Positions 18,857 to 28,064 of a stretch of 64,000 bases of DNA are shown here, piece after piece. Source of the DNA: Puniceicoccales bacterium. GTDB lineage: Bacteria > Verrucomicrobiota > Verrucomicrobiia > Opitutales > LL51. The translations under genes and the position numbers were made by a program. Positions within the stretch are counted from its first letter, which is position 1. Each line of letters begins with the position of its first letter. The DNA is taken from positions 34,046 through 98,045 of the forward strand of contig JAIROS010000017.1 of assembly GCA_031257405.1 (NCBI GenBank). The letters run 5' to 3'. The notes beneath the pieces were generated by a model, which had not been told where the DNA came from, did not search any database, and saw only the letters and a program-made list of their open reading frames with translations.

Positions 18857-19025
18857 TTTTATTCCAAAATTATCCGCTTTTTAGATTTCATCCGGAGTTT
18901 TTTCGCCGCCACCACTGTCGCCGCCGCCATCATTTGCCCCAAAGTACACGAACTACCGCCACTCGCCATCCGCCGTAAATCCATTTTTTTTACCCATTTT
19001 TATTCCAAAATTATCCGCTATTTAG
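18834..19025. repeat. Junction duplication (period 141 bp) copying the pseudopilin-2 start and upstream region
   Basis: gtaaatccattttttttacccatttttattccaaaattatccgct at 18834-18878 recurs at 18975-19019. The sequence between resembles the pseudopilin-3 3' end. Confidence 0.9.
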
Positions 19026-19037
19026 CACGATGCTTTA

Positions 19038-19823
19038 TTATAACACTTCGGGTTTGCTATCGCCGCCGCCACTCTCACTGCCCGTGCCATTTTCCTTCAC
19101 TCCACTCGCCTTCAAAACCGCCGCCGAACTCGGAATCGTCTGCAAAATATCATTCGTCGTCCCTCCGCCACCCCACGCCACTAACTTCCCCGCACTATTC
19201 CCTTCTTCACCATCCCCACCCAGATCCTCATACCACTCGACGTGCCCATCGAGATAAGCAATGTACCCCCCCTTGCTCCCATATACGCCGCCCTCCTTGG
19301 GATCACTTTTATTCTCGGGCCATCTGGCGACACCGCCACTTACCTCCGGAATCCCGCGGGTAAACGCAATGGGCGTCGTCGATAGCGGCGCATCCATCGG
19401 TACGTTATTGATCAGATAAACACTAAATTCTATGTCATCGTCGCCGTCCCAGGCGTTGTTATCCGCCAAACTCGAGTCCACGATCGCTTTTCTGACCACC
19501 TTCGACGCCCCACTATCTCCGGAAAAAGAATAAATATTGGGGTCATTCAAGTACCCGCCGCGCGCCAATACGAGTGCCCACTCCTTTCCCGTCGCCTTAT
19601 CGGTCAAATTAATATTGCGTCCATTGACGTCGTCGTTGCAGTACTGGCTATAGGCCATGGCGATTTGTTTCAAACAGTTGGCGCCTTTAGTCCGACGGGC
19701 GCTGTCCATCACCTTATTAACTGCGGGAACGAGTAACGAAATCAAAATCCCTATGACCGCGATCGCGATCAGCAGCTCAATCAGTGTAAATCCCCCGGTT
19801 ATTTTTTTTCTTTCCACTTTCAT
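19038..19823 (-). CDS. Prepilin-type pseudopilin (paralogue 3)
   Basis: KKITGG|FTLIELLIAIAVIGILISLLVP, GGYIAYLDGHVEWY. Confidence 0.8.
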   Translation of the reverse strand: MKVERKKITGGFTLIELLIAIAVIGILISLLVPAVNKVMDSARRTKGANCLKQIAMAYSQYCNDDVNGRNINLTDKATGKEWALVLARGGYLNDPNIYSFSGDSGASKVVRKAIVDSSLADNNAWDGDDDIEFSVYLINNVPMDAPLSTTPIAFTRGIPEVSGGVARWPENKSDPKEGGVYGSKGGYIAYLDGHVEWYEDLGGDGEEGNSAGKLVAWGGGGTTNDILQTIPSSAAVLKASGVKENGTGSESGGGDSKPEVL

Positions 19824-19907
19824 ATCCTGATTTGCTATTATTGATTTTTCGTCAAAAAGTCAAATAAAAATAAATAAAAATTATAAAAAAATTACGATTT
19901 TGGGGTA

Positions 19908-20816
19908 TTATTTTCGTGCGGCATGGCCTTTGAGAAAGTGATCCAGGGCCTGGAAATAATTTTCCCCCGTACTCATTTCCAGTAGATCGATGCCCACTTT
20001 TTTGAGGCGATCGCTGAAAATTTTGCCGTAATAGCCCCGTTCATTTTTATATTTTTTTTGAAATTGTTTAGCAGAAGTATTAATTTCAAAAATTTCTCCG
20101 GTTTCCGCGTCCTCGAAAACCACGGGCCCAACGCCAAGCAATTCCCGCTCTCGAGCGTCCTCAACCTTTAGGCAAACTAAGTCGTGGCGGCGATTTAAAA
20201 CCTCCAGCGCATGGGTCAATTGATTAATTTTTTGTAAATCCGGCTGTAAAAAATCGCTCAGCAAAAAAACAATGGCCCGCTTTTTAAACATGCCGCTCAA
20301 AGCAGAAATCGTGCGGATAAGATCGGTATTTTTGGACTGCGGCTCGTGGAATAAAATATCGCGGATGATGCGTAAAATGTGTTTACGTCCTTTTGCGGGC
20401 GGTACAAATTTTTCTACCCGGTCGGAAAATAATAGGAGCCCCACCTTGTCGCTATTCCGCGTCGCCGAAAACGCTAATAAACTGGACAGCTCCGTCAAAA
20501 CTTCCCGTTTGCTGAGGAAAATACTCCCGAAATCCAACGAAGCACTGACGTCGACCACCAATACTACCGTCAATTCGCGGTCTTCGCGGAATTTTTTGAT
20601 AAACGGCCGGTCCATTTTCGCCGTAATATTCCAATCGATGGACCGAATGTCGTCGCCGGGCATGTACTCGCGCACCTCTTCAAAATCAATCCCCTGGCCC
20701 TTGAAAATACTGCGGTAAGCACCCATGAGATGTTCATCCAGGAGGCGGTTGGTCCGGATTTCTAGCTGCCGCACCCGCCTCAAAACATTGCGCGTGACTT
20801 CCGATTGCATGTCCAT
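19908..20816 (-). CDS. DUF58-domain protein (MoxR-associated, vWA-like)
   Basis: FKGQGIDFEEVREYMPGDDIRSIDWNITAK signature. Immediately downstream of the MoxR ATPase gene. Confidence 0.85.
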   Translation of the reverse strand: MDMQSEVTRNVLRRVRQLEIRTNRLLDEHLMGAYRSIFKGQGIDFEEVREYMPGDDIRSIDWNITAKMDRPFIKKFREDRELTVVLVVDVSASLDFGSIFLSKREVLTELSSLLAFSATRNSDKVGLLLFSDRVEKFVPPAKGRKHILRIIRDILFHEPQSKNTDLIRTISALSGMFKKRAIVFLLSDFLQPDLQKINQLTHALEVLNRRHDLVCLKVEDARERELLGVGPVVFEDAETGEIFEINTSAKQFQKKYKNERGYYGKIFSDRLKKVGIDLLEMSTGENYFQALDHFLKGHAARK

Positions 20817-20896
20817 GAATATCGTAAAAAATTAGGAAATTGAATTTAAAATTTCTGTAGTCATCACTCCGTGCATATCCATAATTCCCGCAAAAA

Positions 20897-21886
20897 TCAG
20901 GGAACGGGAACCGTGTTTAAAATTTTTGTAATAATTGACTCGGATTTTACATTCTCCGCCTCCGCTTCGTAAGTCACTACCATCCGGTGCCGTAACACGT
21001 CCATGGCTATCGATTTCACATCCTGCGGCGTCACGTACCCCCGACCTTGTAAAAATGCCCACGCCCGCGAGGCCATCGCTAACGCAATCGTCGCCCGCGG
21101 CGATGCCCCAAATTCAATGTAATTGTCCATCGTCAGCCCAAAATCACTCGGCTTGCGCGTCGCAAAAACAATTTTTACAATATAATCGCAAATCTTCTCG
21201 TCCATGTACATCTCGTCGAGTAACTTCCGCGAAACTAAAATCGTGTCGGGATTAATCACCGCCCGCACTTCCGTATTGGGTTGACTCTTCCCCATCGCCC
21301 GTAAAATCTGCTTCTCCTGCTCCATGTCGGGGTAATCGATGTTGAGTTTCATTAAAAATCGGTCCACCTGCGCCTCCGGTAAAGGATACGTCCCCTCCTG
21401 ATCGACGGGATTCTGTGTCGCAAAAACGATAAATGGCGACGGCAAAGGGTAAGTTTGGTCGGCGATGGTGACCTGCTTTTCCTGCATAGCCTCGAGAAGC
21501 GCACTCTGTACCTTGGCCGGCGAACGATTAATCTCATCGGCAAGGACGATATGGGCGAAAACGGGCCCCTTTTTTACCTCGAAAGACCCTTCCCGCTGGT
21601 TGTAGATGAGGGTACCGATGATATCGGCGGGCAGGAGATCGGGCGTAAATTGGATGCGCCGGAAATCGGCTTGGATCGTAGCGGCGAGGGTTTTAACGGT
21701 TAGGGTTTTAGCGAGGCCCGGCACACCTTCGAGGAGGATGTGGCCATTGGCGAGTAACCCGACGATCATGCGGTCGATCATGTAGCGTTGGCCGACGATG
21801 ACCCGCCCCATTTCATCGCGCAACAGCGAGACCCAACTGGATGCCTCACGAATCTTATTATTCAGTTCTGTTAAGCTGTCCGACAT
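20897..21886 (-). CDS. MoxR-family AAA+ ATPase
   Basis: LLEGVPGLAKT Walker A, VLADEINR Walker B, ATQNPVDQEGTYPLPEAQVDRF. Start moved to MSDSLTELNN (21886). Confidence 0.9.
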   Translation of the reverse strand: MSDSLTELNNKIREASSWVSLLRDEMGRVIVGQRYMIDRMIVGLLANGHILLEGVPGLAKTLTVKTLAATIQADFRRIQFTPDLLPADIIGTLIYNQREGSFEVKKGPVFAHIVLADEINRSPAKVQSALLEAMQEKQVTIADQTYPLPSPFIVFATQNPVDQEGTYPLPEAQVDRFLMKLNIDYPDMEQEKQILRAMGKSQPNTEVRAVINPDTILVSRKLLDEMYMDEKICDYIVKIVFATRKPSDFGLTMDNYIEFGASPRATIALAMASRAWAFLQGRGYVTPQDVKSIAMDVLRHRMVVTYEAEAENVKSESIITKILNTVPVP

Positions 21887-22052
21887 AATTTCATTTTTAT
21901 ATAACTGATTTTCCCTGCAGGTCAATAACAAATTTCGGGGTGGAAGTATTTTTTGCGGCGGGAGTATTTTTGGCAATGGCGCTGGATCTCAATTTGTGGG
22001 CCGCCGGGCACAAATATCTTGACGAAAAGTATGCGTTCTCATTGTATTATGG

Positions 22053-23666
22053 ATGGTAAACGGAGAAAATTTTTATAAAAAAATCGTACAAATTTTACTA
22101 TTGAGTACGCTCACGGCGTTGCTACTGATGGCTCCTGACTTTATTTTTGCGGCGGCCAGTGATGTTTTTAAAGTTTCGCGCGACTGGAAAGCGATCCTAT
22201 TTTTAGCGCCGTTGAGTTTGGGAATCGTCCTATCGCCCCGCTGGTTTTCGGCTATTTTACTCATTTTTTTGGGATGTATGCAGACCATGCAGTTCGTCCA
22301 CCTGGCTTACTTCGGCGTCCACCTATCCCCCTTCGCGCTCCACTTCATGCAAAAAGAAATGGGCGACGTCTGGACTGAAATCGCATTTTTTTGGAAAGAT
22401 TACGGGTACATTTTGCCGATGATTTTCATTCCGTTTTTACTAATTTACCTCCTCAATAGGAAGTCTTCCGTGCAAAAACCGTGGCTTGGGGTACTCACCA
22501 TCGCCTGCATTTTCGGCAGCATCGGCCACCGCCTTTGCGGCGACGTCTCCCAACGTTTCGTACCCAATTCGCGGCGCATTACGCTTTACAATTCTTTGAA
22601 AAGTTTTTTTGGCTACTTTATCGTCAAATATCGCCACTACAATTTCAAAACTTATGCGCCCTACGTCGTCGAAAAAAATCAGTATTTTAGCCGCAAAGGC
22701 CCCATTACTATCGTCTACATCATCGGCGAAAGTTGCAACTACCGCCGCATGTCGCTCTTCGGCTACGGAGATAATGACACGACCCCGTGTTTAAAAAATT
22801 TATCAAAAATAAACAATAATTTCATCTTTAAAGTCGGTATTTCGGGAGCGAATTCGACGCTTTCCTCGACAAAATTCATCACCAACGCGATCTATGAACC
22901 CGATAATTTGAAGCAGACGGGCCTCGACACAACCAATTTATTCAAGCTGGCCAAGCAAAGCGGATTCCAAACTTTTTACTGGTCGACGCAGTGCGACACG
23001 CTGCTTTCGAGCATCGGCGGCGCGCAATACATCGATTCCATCGTCACGAAAGAGACCGACCCCATCCAAATTCGCCTCAAAAAAGACCTTTACCTCCTCG
23101 AACGCATCAAAAAACAAAAATATTCGGACAAAAATTTCATCGTTTTGCACCAAAATAGCGTGCATTCTCCTTACGAAACGACCTACGGACAGGGCTACCA
23201 GCCGCCGCACATATTTTCCGGAAATCCCCAAAAAATTCTCGACGACTACGACAACGCGATGCTTTACAACGACTTTCTGATCAGTCAAATATTTGAGTTT
23301 TTTAATAAAAATTCCCATCCTTTTTACATTATTTGGGCTTCGGATCATAACGAATTGCTTGGCGAAAAGGGGATGTACGGCCACGGCTCGGGGAATTTGA
23401 TACCCGAGGCTGCCCAGATCCCCGTCCTCGTACAAAGTAACGACCCCGAATTTCTCGAGAAAATAAGCCACATTTTCGCCATTACCCATTACGAAATCGC
23501 TAAACTCCTCGCGGAACAAATCGGCTTCACAATCACCAATCCCAACGAAAAAGAAAATGTTTTTTACACCAATGGCATCGACTACAACGGCAGATTGGGT
23601 TACATTCGTTTTACAAAAAATCCGGCCACGCAAACGGTCAACTACGACCAGCCGTCCATGAATTAA
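22053..23666 (+). CDS. Phosphoethanolamine-transferase-like membrane sulfatase (EptA/LptA family)
   Basis: About 5 N-terminal TM helices, then a sulfatase domain (YIIGESCNYRRMSLFGY, LHQNSVHSPY, SDHNELLGEKGMYGHG). Confidence 0.85.
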   Translation: MVNGENFYKKIVQILLLSTLTALLLMAPDFIFAAASDVFKVSRDWKAILFLAPLSLGIVLSPRWFSAILLIFLGCMQTMQFVHLAYFGVHLSPFALHFMQKEMGDVWTEIAFFWKDYGYILPMIFIPFLLIYLLNRKSSVQKPWLGVLTIACIFGSIGHRLCGDVSQRFVPNSRRITLYNSLKSFFGYFIVKYRHYNFKTYAPYVVEKNQYFSRKGPITIVYIIGESCNYRRMSLFGYGDNDTTPCLKNLSKINNNFIFKVGISGANSTLSSTKFITNAIYEPDNLKQTGLDTTNLFKLAKQSGFQTFYWSTQCDTLLSSIGGAQYIDSIVTKETDPIQIRLKKDLYLLERIKKQKYSDKNFIVLHQNSVHSPYETTYGQGYQPPHIFSGNPQKILDDYDNAMLYNDFLISQIFEFFNKNSHPFYIIWASDHNELLGEKGMYGHGSGNLIPEAAQIPVLVQSNDPEFLEKISHIFAITHYEIAKLLAEQIGFTITNPNEKENVFYTNGIDYNGRLGYIRFTKNPATQTVNYDQPSMN

Positions 23667-23672
23667 TCCCCG

Positions 23673-25274
23673 TCACTCGCCCGCGCACTTGTAAAAATTA
23701 GTGATCTGCTCCGACAGAAATTTGTCCGGATTCCGAACCGCCTCCAGCGGAATCTCAAAATCTTTCCGCCCACCATCCTTCAACAATAACTGCAAACCAT
23801 AGCCGTAATCCTCAAATAATCGATTGCACGTCGCCATAACACTCGCCCGATTTTCCCGCGCTACCTCCCCAATTTCCCCAATCGCCGCCGCCGTGAAATG
23901 TAAAAAAATCCCGTGGGCCGCCCCAAATAATTCCACAAAACGCTCCACGTCCCCATGAATGTCCCGTAACCCATCGGTACCCTCGGATTGTAAAATATTT
24001 TTTAAATAATTCCCCGGATCGTTCACCGCTTCGGCATCCAAAATAATCGACCGAATGGCCGTCGAGGGTAACTCAAATTTCATGTCCCGAAATATGCGCT
24101 CCAAAACCGTCAATAGGCCACGCGCACCCGTTTTTTCCCGAGCCGCCGCCCGCGCAATTTCCCCCAACGCACCTCCCTCAAAACCAATATCTATGCCGTA
24201 TCCACTGAAATCTTCCTCGTATTGCCTAATAATCGAGCCCTCCGATGACGATAAAATGCGCTCCAATTCGGCCTCCCCCAGCGCCTTGCAAGCCACACGC
24301 ACCGGTAAACGACCAATAAATTCCGGCTCAAAACCGTATTGGATGAAATCCTCCGTCTGCGCCTTCGCCAAAAATTCAAAATCATAGTCCGCAGTCCCCC
24401 GCGCCGCCCCAAATCCAATCTGCGCCGTCCCTAGCCGCTTCTTCACCAAATCACCCAACTTATCAAAGGCACCGCTCACAATAAATAAAATATTTTTCGT
24501 ATTAATTTTGTCCGCCTGCTGCCGCTTACCGCCCCCCATGGACATCAGCGTCCGCATTTGGTTGAGCATATCGGTCTGGCTAAACACGCTTACCTCGGTT
24601 TCCTCCATCAGTTTGAGCAGATTAATTTGGACGCCGCGCCCGGAAATATCTCGCCCGGAATCGCCCACCGCATTCGTTATTTTGTCGATCTCGTCGATGA
24701 AAACAATCCCGTACTGCGCCAATTCCACATTGCCATTGGCAATTTTAATCAGGCTCCGAATGATGTCCTCGACGTCGCCCCCCACGTAACCCGTCTCCGA
24801 AAATTTCGTCGCATCCGCCTTGACAAAGGGTACGCCGATCAATTTCGCGATCGTTTTGACCAAATAAGTTTTTCCCACGCCCGTCGGTCCCAAAATCAGT
24901 ACGTTCTGTTTGATGTACTCGCAGGGCTTGCGAGATTTCCCGCCGATGGCGTTGCAAATGTGGTTATAGTGGTCGCAGATGGCGACGGACAGTACTTTTT
25001 TGGCCTCCTCCTGGGAAATGACGAAGCGGTCGAGGTACTCCTTAATTTCCTTCGGCTTCAGATTGAAATTGTGGATCCGTTTGAGCGCTTCCCGATCGTC
25101 CTCGGCCTGCTCCAAAGGCGCTTTTTCACTCGGTTCTTCCTGGGGATTTTCGTTAAATGGGAAGGCGGCGATTTTCACATTTGCCCCGACTTTTCCGAGA
25201 ATATCGCCAAACTGTTTCGTCAATTCTTCGAACGGATTTTGCTTCTCTTCCAACTCCTTTTTACGGTCCATCAT
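23673..25274 (-). CDS. ClpX-like AAA+ unfoldase lacking the N-terminal zinc-binding domain, with C-terminal extension
   Basis: LDRFVISQEEAKKVLSVA, Walker A GPTGVGKT, pore loop GYVG, Walker B IVFIDEIDK, IGFG ClpP-docking-like loop. No Cys in the first ~90 aa. Confidence 0.8.
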   Translation of the reverse strand: MMDRKKELEEKQNPFEELTKQFGDILGKVGANVKIAAFPFNENPQEEPSEKAPLEQAEDDREALKRIHNFNLKPKEIKEYLDRFVISQEEAKKVLSVAICDHYNHICNAIGGKSRKPCEYIKQNVLILGPTGVGKTYLVKTIAKLIGVPFVKADATKFSETGYVGGDVEDIIRSLIKIANGNVELAQYGIVFIDEIDKITNAVGDSGRDISGRGVQINLLKLMEETEVSVFSQTDMLNQMRTLMSMGGGKRQQADKINTKNILFIVSGAFDKLGDLVKKRLGTAQIGFGAARGTADYDFEFLAKAQTEDFIQYGFEPEFIGRLPVRVACKALGEAELERILSSSEGSIIRQYEEDFSGYGIDIGFEGGALGEIARAAAREKTGARGLLTVLERIFRDMKFELPSTAIRSIILDAEAVNDPGNYLKNILQSEGTDGLRDIHGDVERFVELFGAAHGIFLHFTAAAIGEIGEVARENRASVMATCNRLFEDYGYGLQLLLKDGGRKDFEIPLEAVRNPDKFLSEQITNFYKCAGE

Positions 25275-25322
25275 AGCGGATATTTTGGGACTTTAGGGAA
25301 AAAAACTGGCTGGCAAGCAAGA

Positions 25323-25868
25323 TCATTGGGAAGCATGTTGCGGCAGTAATTTTTCGATGATTTCGAACAGGATGGCCTCGACTTCTCCCGGGGGAATTTT
25401 TCTTTTACAACATGCGCTCAGCGTAGTCGCCGTCGCCTGCAACTCGCCGGGGAAGCGGGAAATATCGCCTGCGACGTTGAGGCCGATACCCGTCACAGCG
25501 AGGATAATTTCATGGCCGACGACACGGGTTTCGGTCAAAATGCCACACATTTTTTTACCATCGCAGTAGATATCGTTGGGGTATTTGACGGTCAAAGGGA
25601 CGCCGAAAGTCCGTTGCAAACGTTCTGCGATTTTTTCGGCAACGGCGATCGAAAAATTCTGGAATTTTTCCGGTGATTGTTGGGGTTTGAAGGCGAAACT
25701 GACGTACAAATTGCCCGCATCCGCGCTGTACCAGGTGCGATCGAACTGGCCTTTTCCCTTTGTTTGCGTCGTAGCGACAATCGCGAAGGGAAGCATCTGG
25801 CGCCGATCAAAGTGGCGAAAGCACTCATCATTCGAACTATCGATTGTGTCGTAGCGAAAAATTTCCAT
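25323..25868 (-). CDS. birA: Biotin-[acetyl-CoA-carboxylase] ligase (no HTH domain)
   Basis: TQTKGKGQFDRTWYS (GRGRxGRxW-type motif), KYPNDIYCDGKKMCGIL. Start moved to MEIFRYDTIDSSN (25868). Confidence 0.8.
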   Translation of the reverse strand: MEIFRYDTIDSSNDECFRHFDRRQMLPFAIVATTQTKGKGQFDRTWYSADAGNLYVSFAFKPQQSPEKFQNFSIAVAEKIAERLQRTFGVPLTVKYPNDIYCDGKKMCGILTETRVVGHEIILAVTGIGLNVAGDISRFPGELQATATTLSACCKRKIPPGEVEAILFEIIEKLLPQHASQ

Positions 25869-25873
25869 GGGCT

Positions 25874-26127
25874 CACAAAAACCGTGCCATTTCATCGGAT
25901 TATTCCCAGTAAATATCCGCCCTAATGGCCACCCGATTTTTATATTTCTTAAACTTGAACACCTTTTTCCTCCTGTCAATCATAAAATTTTCATCAAAAT
26001 TACACCACTCCACTAAAAATTCGCCCCGTTACTCCAAAAAATATTTTCACAGATTTACACAAAAACCGCGCCATTTTATCGGATTATTCCCAGTAAATAT
26101 CAGCCCCGCTACTCCAAAAAATATTTC
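25874..26127. repeat. Composite junction duplication between the birA 5' end and the udg 3' end
   Basis: cacaaaaaccg(t/c)gccatt..atcggattattcccagtaaatat at 25874-25925 recurs at 26058-26108 (period 184). c(g/a)ccccg(t/c)tactccaaaaaatattt at 26022-26047 recurs at 26102-26127 (period 80) and includes the udg stop. Confidence 0.9.
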
Positions 26128-26996
26128 CGCTGCCTCTCCGAAATGGCCATCCCAACCCGCTCCATAACCTTCATCATGTCCTCCCAAACAACACGCTTCA
26201 TCCGATTCGTCCCGTTGCGCAGCAGGTACGAGGGATGGAAAGTGATCATCAGCGGAATGCCGCAAAATTCGTGCCAATTCCCCCGCACGGAAGACATTTT
26301 TCGCCCCCTATCGTAGCCCAATAACCCGCTGACCGCCGTCGCTCCAAGCGCCACAATGGCTTCGGGCTTGACAATTTGCACCTGCTCGATCAAATGGGGC
26401 AAACAGTGCTGCATCTCCTCCTGAGTCGGCGGGCGATTGCCGGTATCCGTATCCATTTCGGGGCGCCAATTCATGATATTGCCAATGTAAACATCTTCGC
26501 GCGTGAGGCCCATCGCCGCGATAATTTTGGTCAGCAGCTGTCCCGCTCGGCCGACAAAAGGTAGGCCCTGGATCTCTTCGTCGGCACCGGGAGCTTCGCC
26601 GCAAAAGAAAATTTTCGCATCCAAATTCCCCACGCCGAATACTAAATTTTTCCCTGGCCGCACGTGTTTTTTCAGCGTTTCGTTTTCCAAAACCCTCCGC
26701 CGCAAATCCTCCCAATGCTCTTGTTTACTCGAAAAAATCTTTTTTTGGGGCCCGTGGAACGCAATTGTCGGAATTTCAGTTGGGCTATAATTTTTCGTTT
26801 GGGAACCGCCATTTTCCTCGGAATTTTTGGGGGGTACATCGCGCGGGGGACAGTGGCTGACGGGCGCCGACTCCGTTCGGGACGGGCTATAATGTTCCAA
26901 AAAATCCAGATTTTCCGGGCTAATCGGGACCGTCGGAATGCCACTATTTTTCATCTTTTCCAAAACACTAATCAACGCATCGAGCTCATTCGCCAT
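26109..26996 (-). CDS. Uracil-DNA glycosylase, family 4
   Basis: FCGEAPGADEEIQGLPFVGRAGQLL and HPSYLLRN motifs. Start moved to MANELDAL (26996) to avoid overlapping the upstream gene. Confidence 0.85.
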   Translation of the reverse strand: MANELDALISVLEKMKNSGIPTVPISPENLDFLEHYSPSRTESAPVSHCPPRDVPPKNSEENGGSQTKNYSPTEIPTIAFHGPQKKIFSSKQEHWEDLRRRVLENETLKKHVRPGKNLVFGVGNLDAKIFFCGEAPGADEEIQGLPFVGRAGQLLTKIIAAMGLTREDVYIGNIMNWRPEMDTDTGNRPPTQEEMQHCLPHLIEQVQIVKPEAIVALGATAVSGLLGYDRGRKMSSVRGNWHEFCGIPLMITFHPSYLLRNGTNRMKRVVWEDMMKVMERVGMAISERQRKYFLE

Positions 26997-27045
26997 GGAA
27001 AAAGTATAGATAAATTTTGCCGCGGTAAAGCAATTTCGCCGGCGT

Positions 27046-27444
27046 TTATCCGCTAAAAATGGGAATATTTTCGTAGTGAAAGAGCGTGCGAGTGCTGCCG
27101 TCACAGGCAATTTCGATGACATCGAAGCGAAAAAATTGTAAATAATTTTGACCAATGTAGGCTTCGAGGACCGGTTTCAAAGCCGATTTTTTCTTTTTAG
27201 TGACGGAAAAATAACCGGAGACGAGCGCATTTTTCTGCCGCGCACGAACCTCGACGAATACGGTGACCGCGCCGTCCTGGGCGATAATATCGATTTCGCC
27301 ACTTTTATGGCGCCAATTTTTCTCAAGAATTTTATATTTTTTTCTCTTTTTTAAAAAATTTTCAGCCAATTTCTCGCCATCGTTGCCGGTTTTTTGCCTC
27401 GGAGTCAACGCCGTTTTGCGGAAAAATTTTACAAAAAATTCCAT
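27046..27444 (-). CDS. YraN-family (UPF0102) endonuclease-like protein
   Basis: GEIDIIAQDGAVTVFVEVRAR core motif, about 130 aa. Confidence 0.8.
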   Translation of the reverse strand: MEFFVKFFRKTALTPRQKTGNDGEKLAENFLKKRKKYKILEKNWRHKSGEIDIIAQDGAVTVFVEVRARQKNALVSGYFSVTKKKKSALKPVLEAYIGQNYLQFFRFDVIEIACDGSTRTLFHYENIPIFSG

Positions 27445-27744
27445 AATCTAAAACTAAATATCCCCGATAATACTCCTGCCCTCAACCTTTTCTCACGATT
27501 TCTACCCATAGCACTCATATCAAAAAACGATCCCAGAGAAAAAGCAAGCAAAAATTTATCATTTTTTAAAAAAATCCATAAATATCTCCCCGAAATGAAT
27601 CCTACCGCGAAATCTGCGAAAAAATTTGAAAATATAACGAACACAATAATACACTATGCCCGACCCATGAATAAAAATTTCGTAAAAAATATAAAATAAT
27701 CAGCTGCCCTCCACGAACACCAGCGCCCCACCAAAAAAATCCGG

Positions 27745-27817
27745 AGCCGGGGATGAGATTCGAACTCACGACCCACGCATTACGAATGCGTTGCTCTACC
27801 AGCTGAGCTACCCCGGC
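27745..27817 (-). tRNA. tRNA-Thr (CGU)
   Basis: Reverse complement GCCGGGGTAGCTCAGCTGGTAGAGCAACGCATTCGTAATGCGTGGGTCGTGAGTTCGAATCTCATCCCCGGCT. Followed by CCG, so CCA is not encoded. Confidence 0.93.
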
Positions 27818-27914
27818 AAAACTTTTCAGAATCTGTCCCCACAAAAATAATATAACTTCCAACTTTCTAAAAAAAATTCCTCCTAAAAAACTCTCATTCA
27901 CTGTAAAATCGCGG

Positions 27915-27987
27915 AGCCGACTGTCAGACTTGAACTGACGACCGTCCGCTTACAAGGCGGGTGCTCTACCAACTGAGCTAAGTCGGC
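27915..27987 (-). tRNA. tRNA-Thr (UGU)
   Basis: Reverse complement GCCGACTTAGCTCAGTTGGTAGAGCACCCGCCTTGTAAGCGGACGGTCGTCAGTTCAAGTCTGACAGTCGGCT. Short variable arm, CTTGTAA loop. Followed by CCG. Confidence 0.88.
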
Positions 27988-27989
27988 GC

Positions 27990-28064
27990 TGGTGGGTCGA
28001 CTGGGATTCGAACCCAGAACCAATGGCTTAAAAGGCCACTGCTCTACCGTTGAGCTACCAACCC
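27990..28064 (-). tRNA. tRNA-Lys (UUU)
   Basis: Reverse complement GGGTTGGTAGCTCAACGGTAGAGCAGTGGCCTTTTAAGCCATTGGTTCTGGGTTCGAATCCCAGTCGACCCACCA. Only 2 nt from the next tRNA. Confidence 0.93.

Noticed and set aside
24558-25349. Long antisense ORFs within strong genes (24558..25349 in the clpX-like gene; also 22938..23633 in the eptA-like gene, 7492..8160 in the ankyrin gene and 5882..6364 in the kinase gene)
   Set aside because: They have no recognisable motifs, an Arg/Leu/Phe-rich shadow-frame composition, and each fully overlaps a gene with clear family signatures.
27602-27901. 99-aa ORF (and likewise ORFs 30226..30546 and 30242..30532)
   Set aside because: These ORFs run through tRNA-Thr or tRNA-Gly sequences (…GVAQLVEQRIRNAWVVSSNLIPG…). 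They are translation artefacts of tRNA genes.
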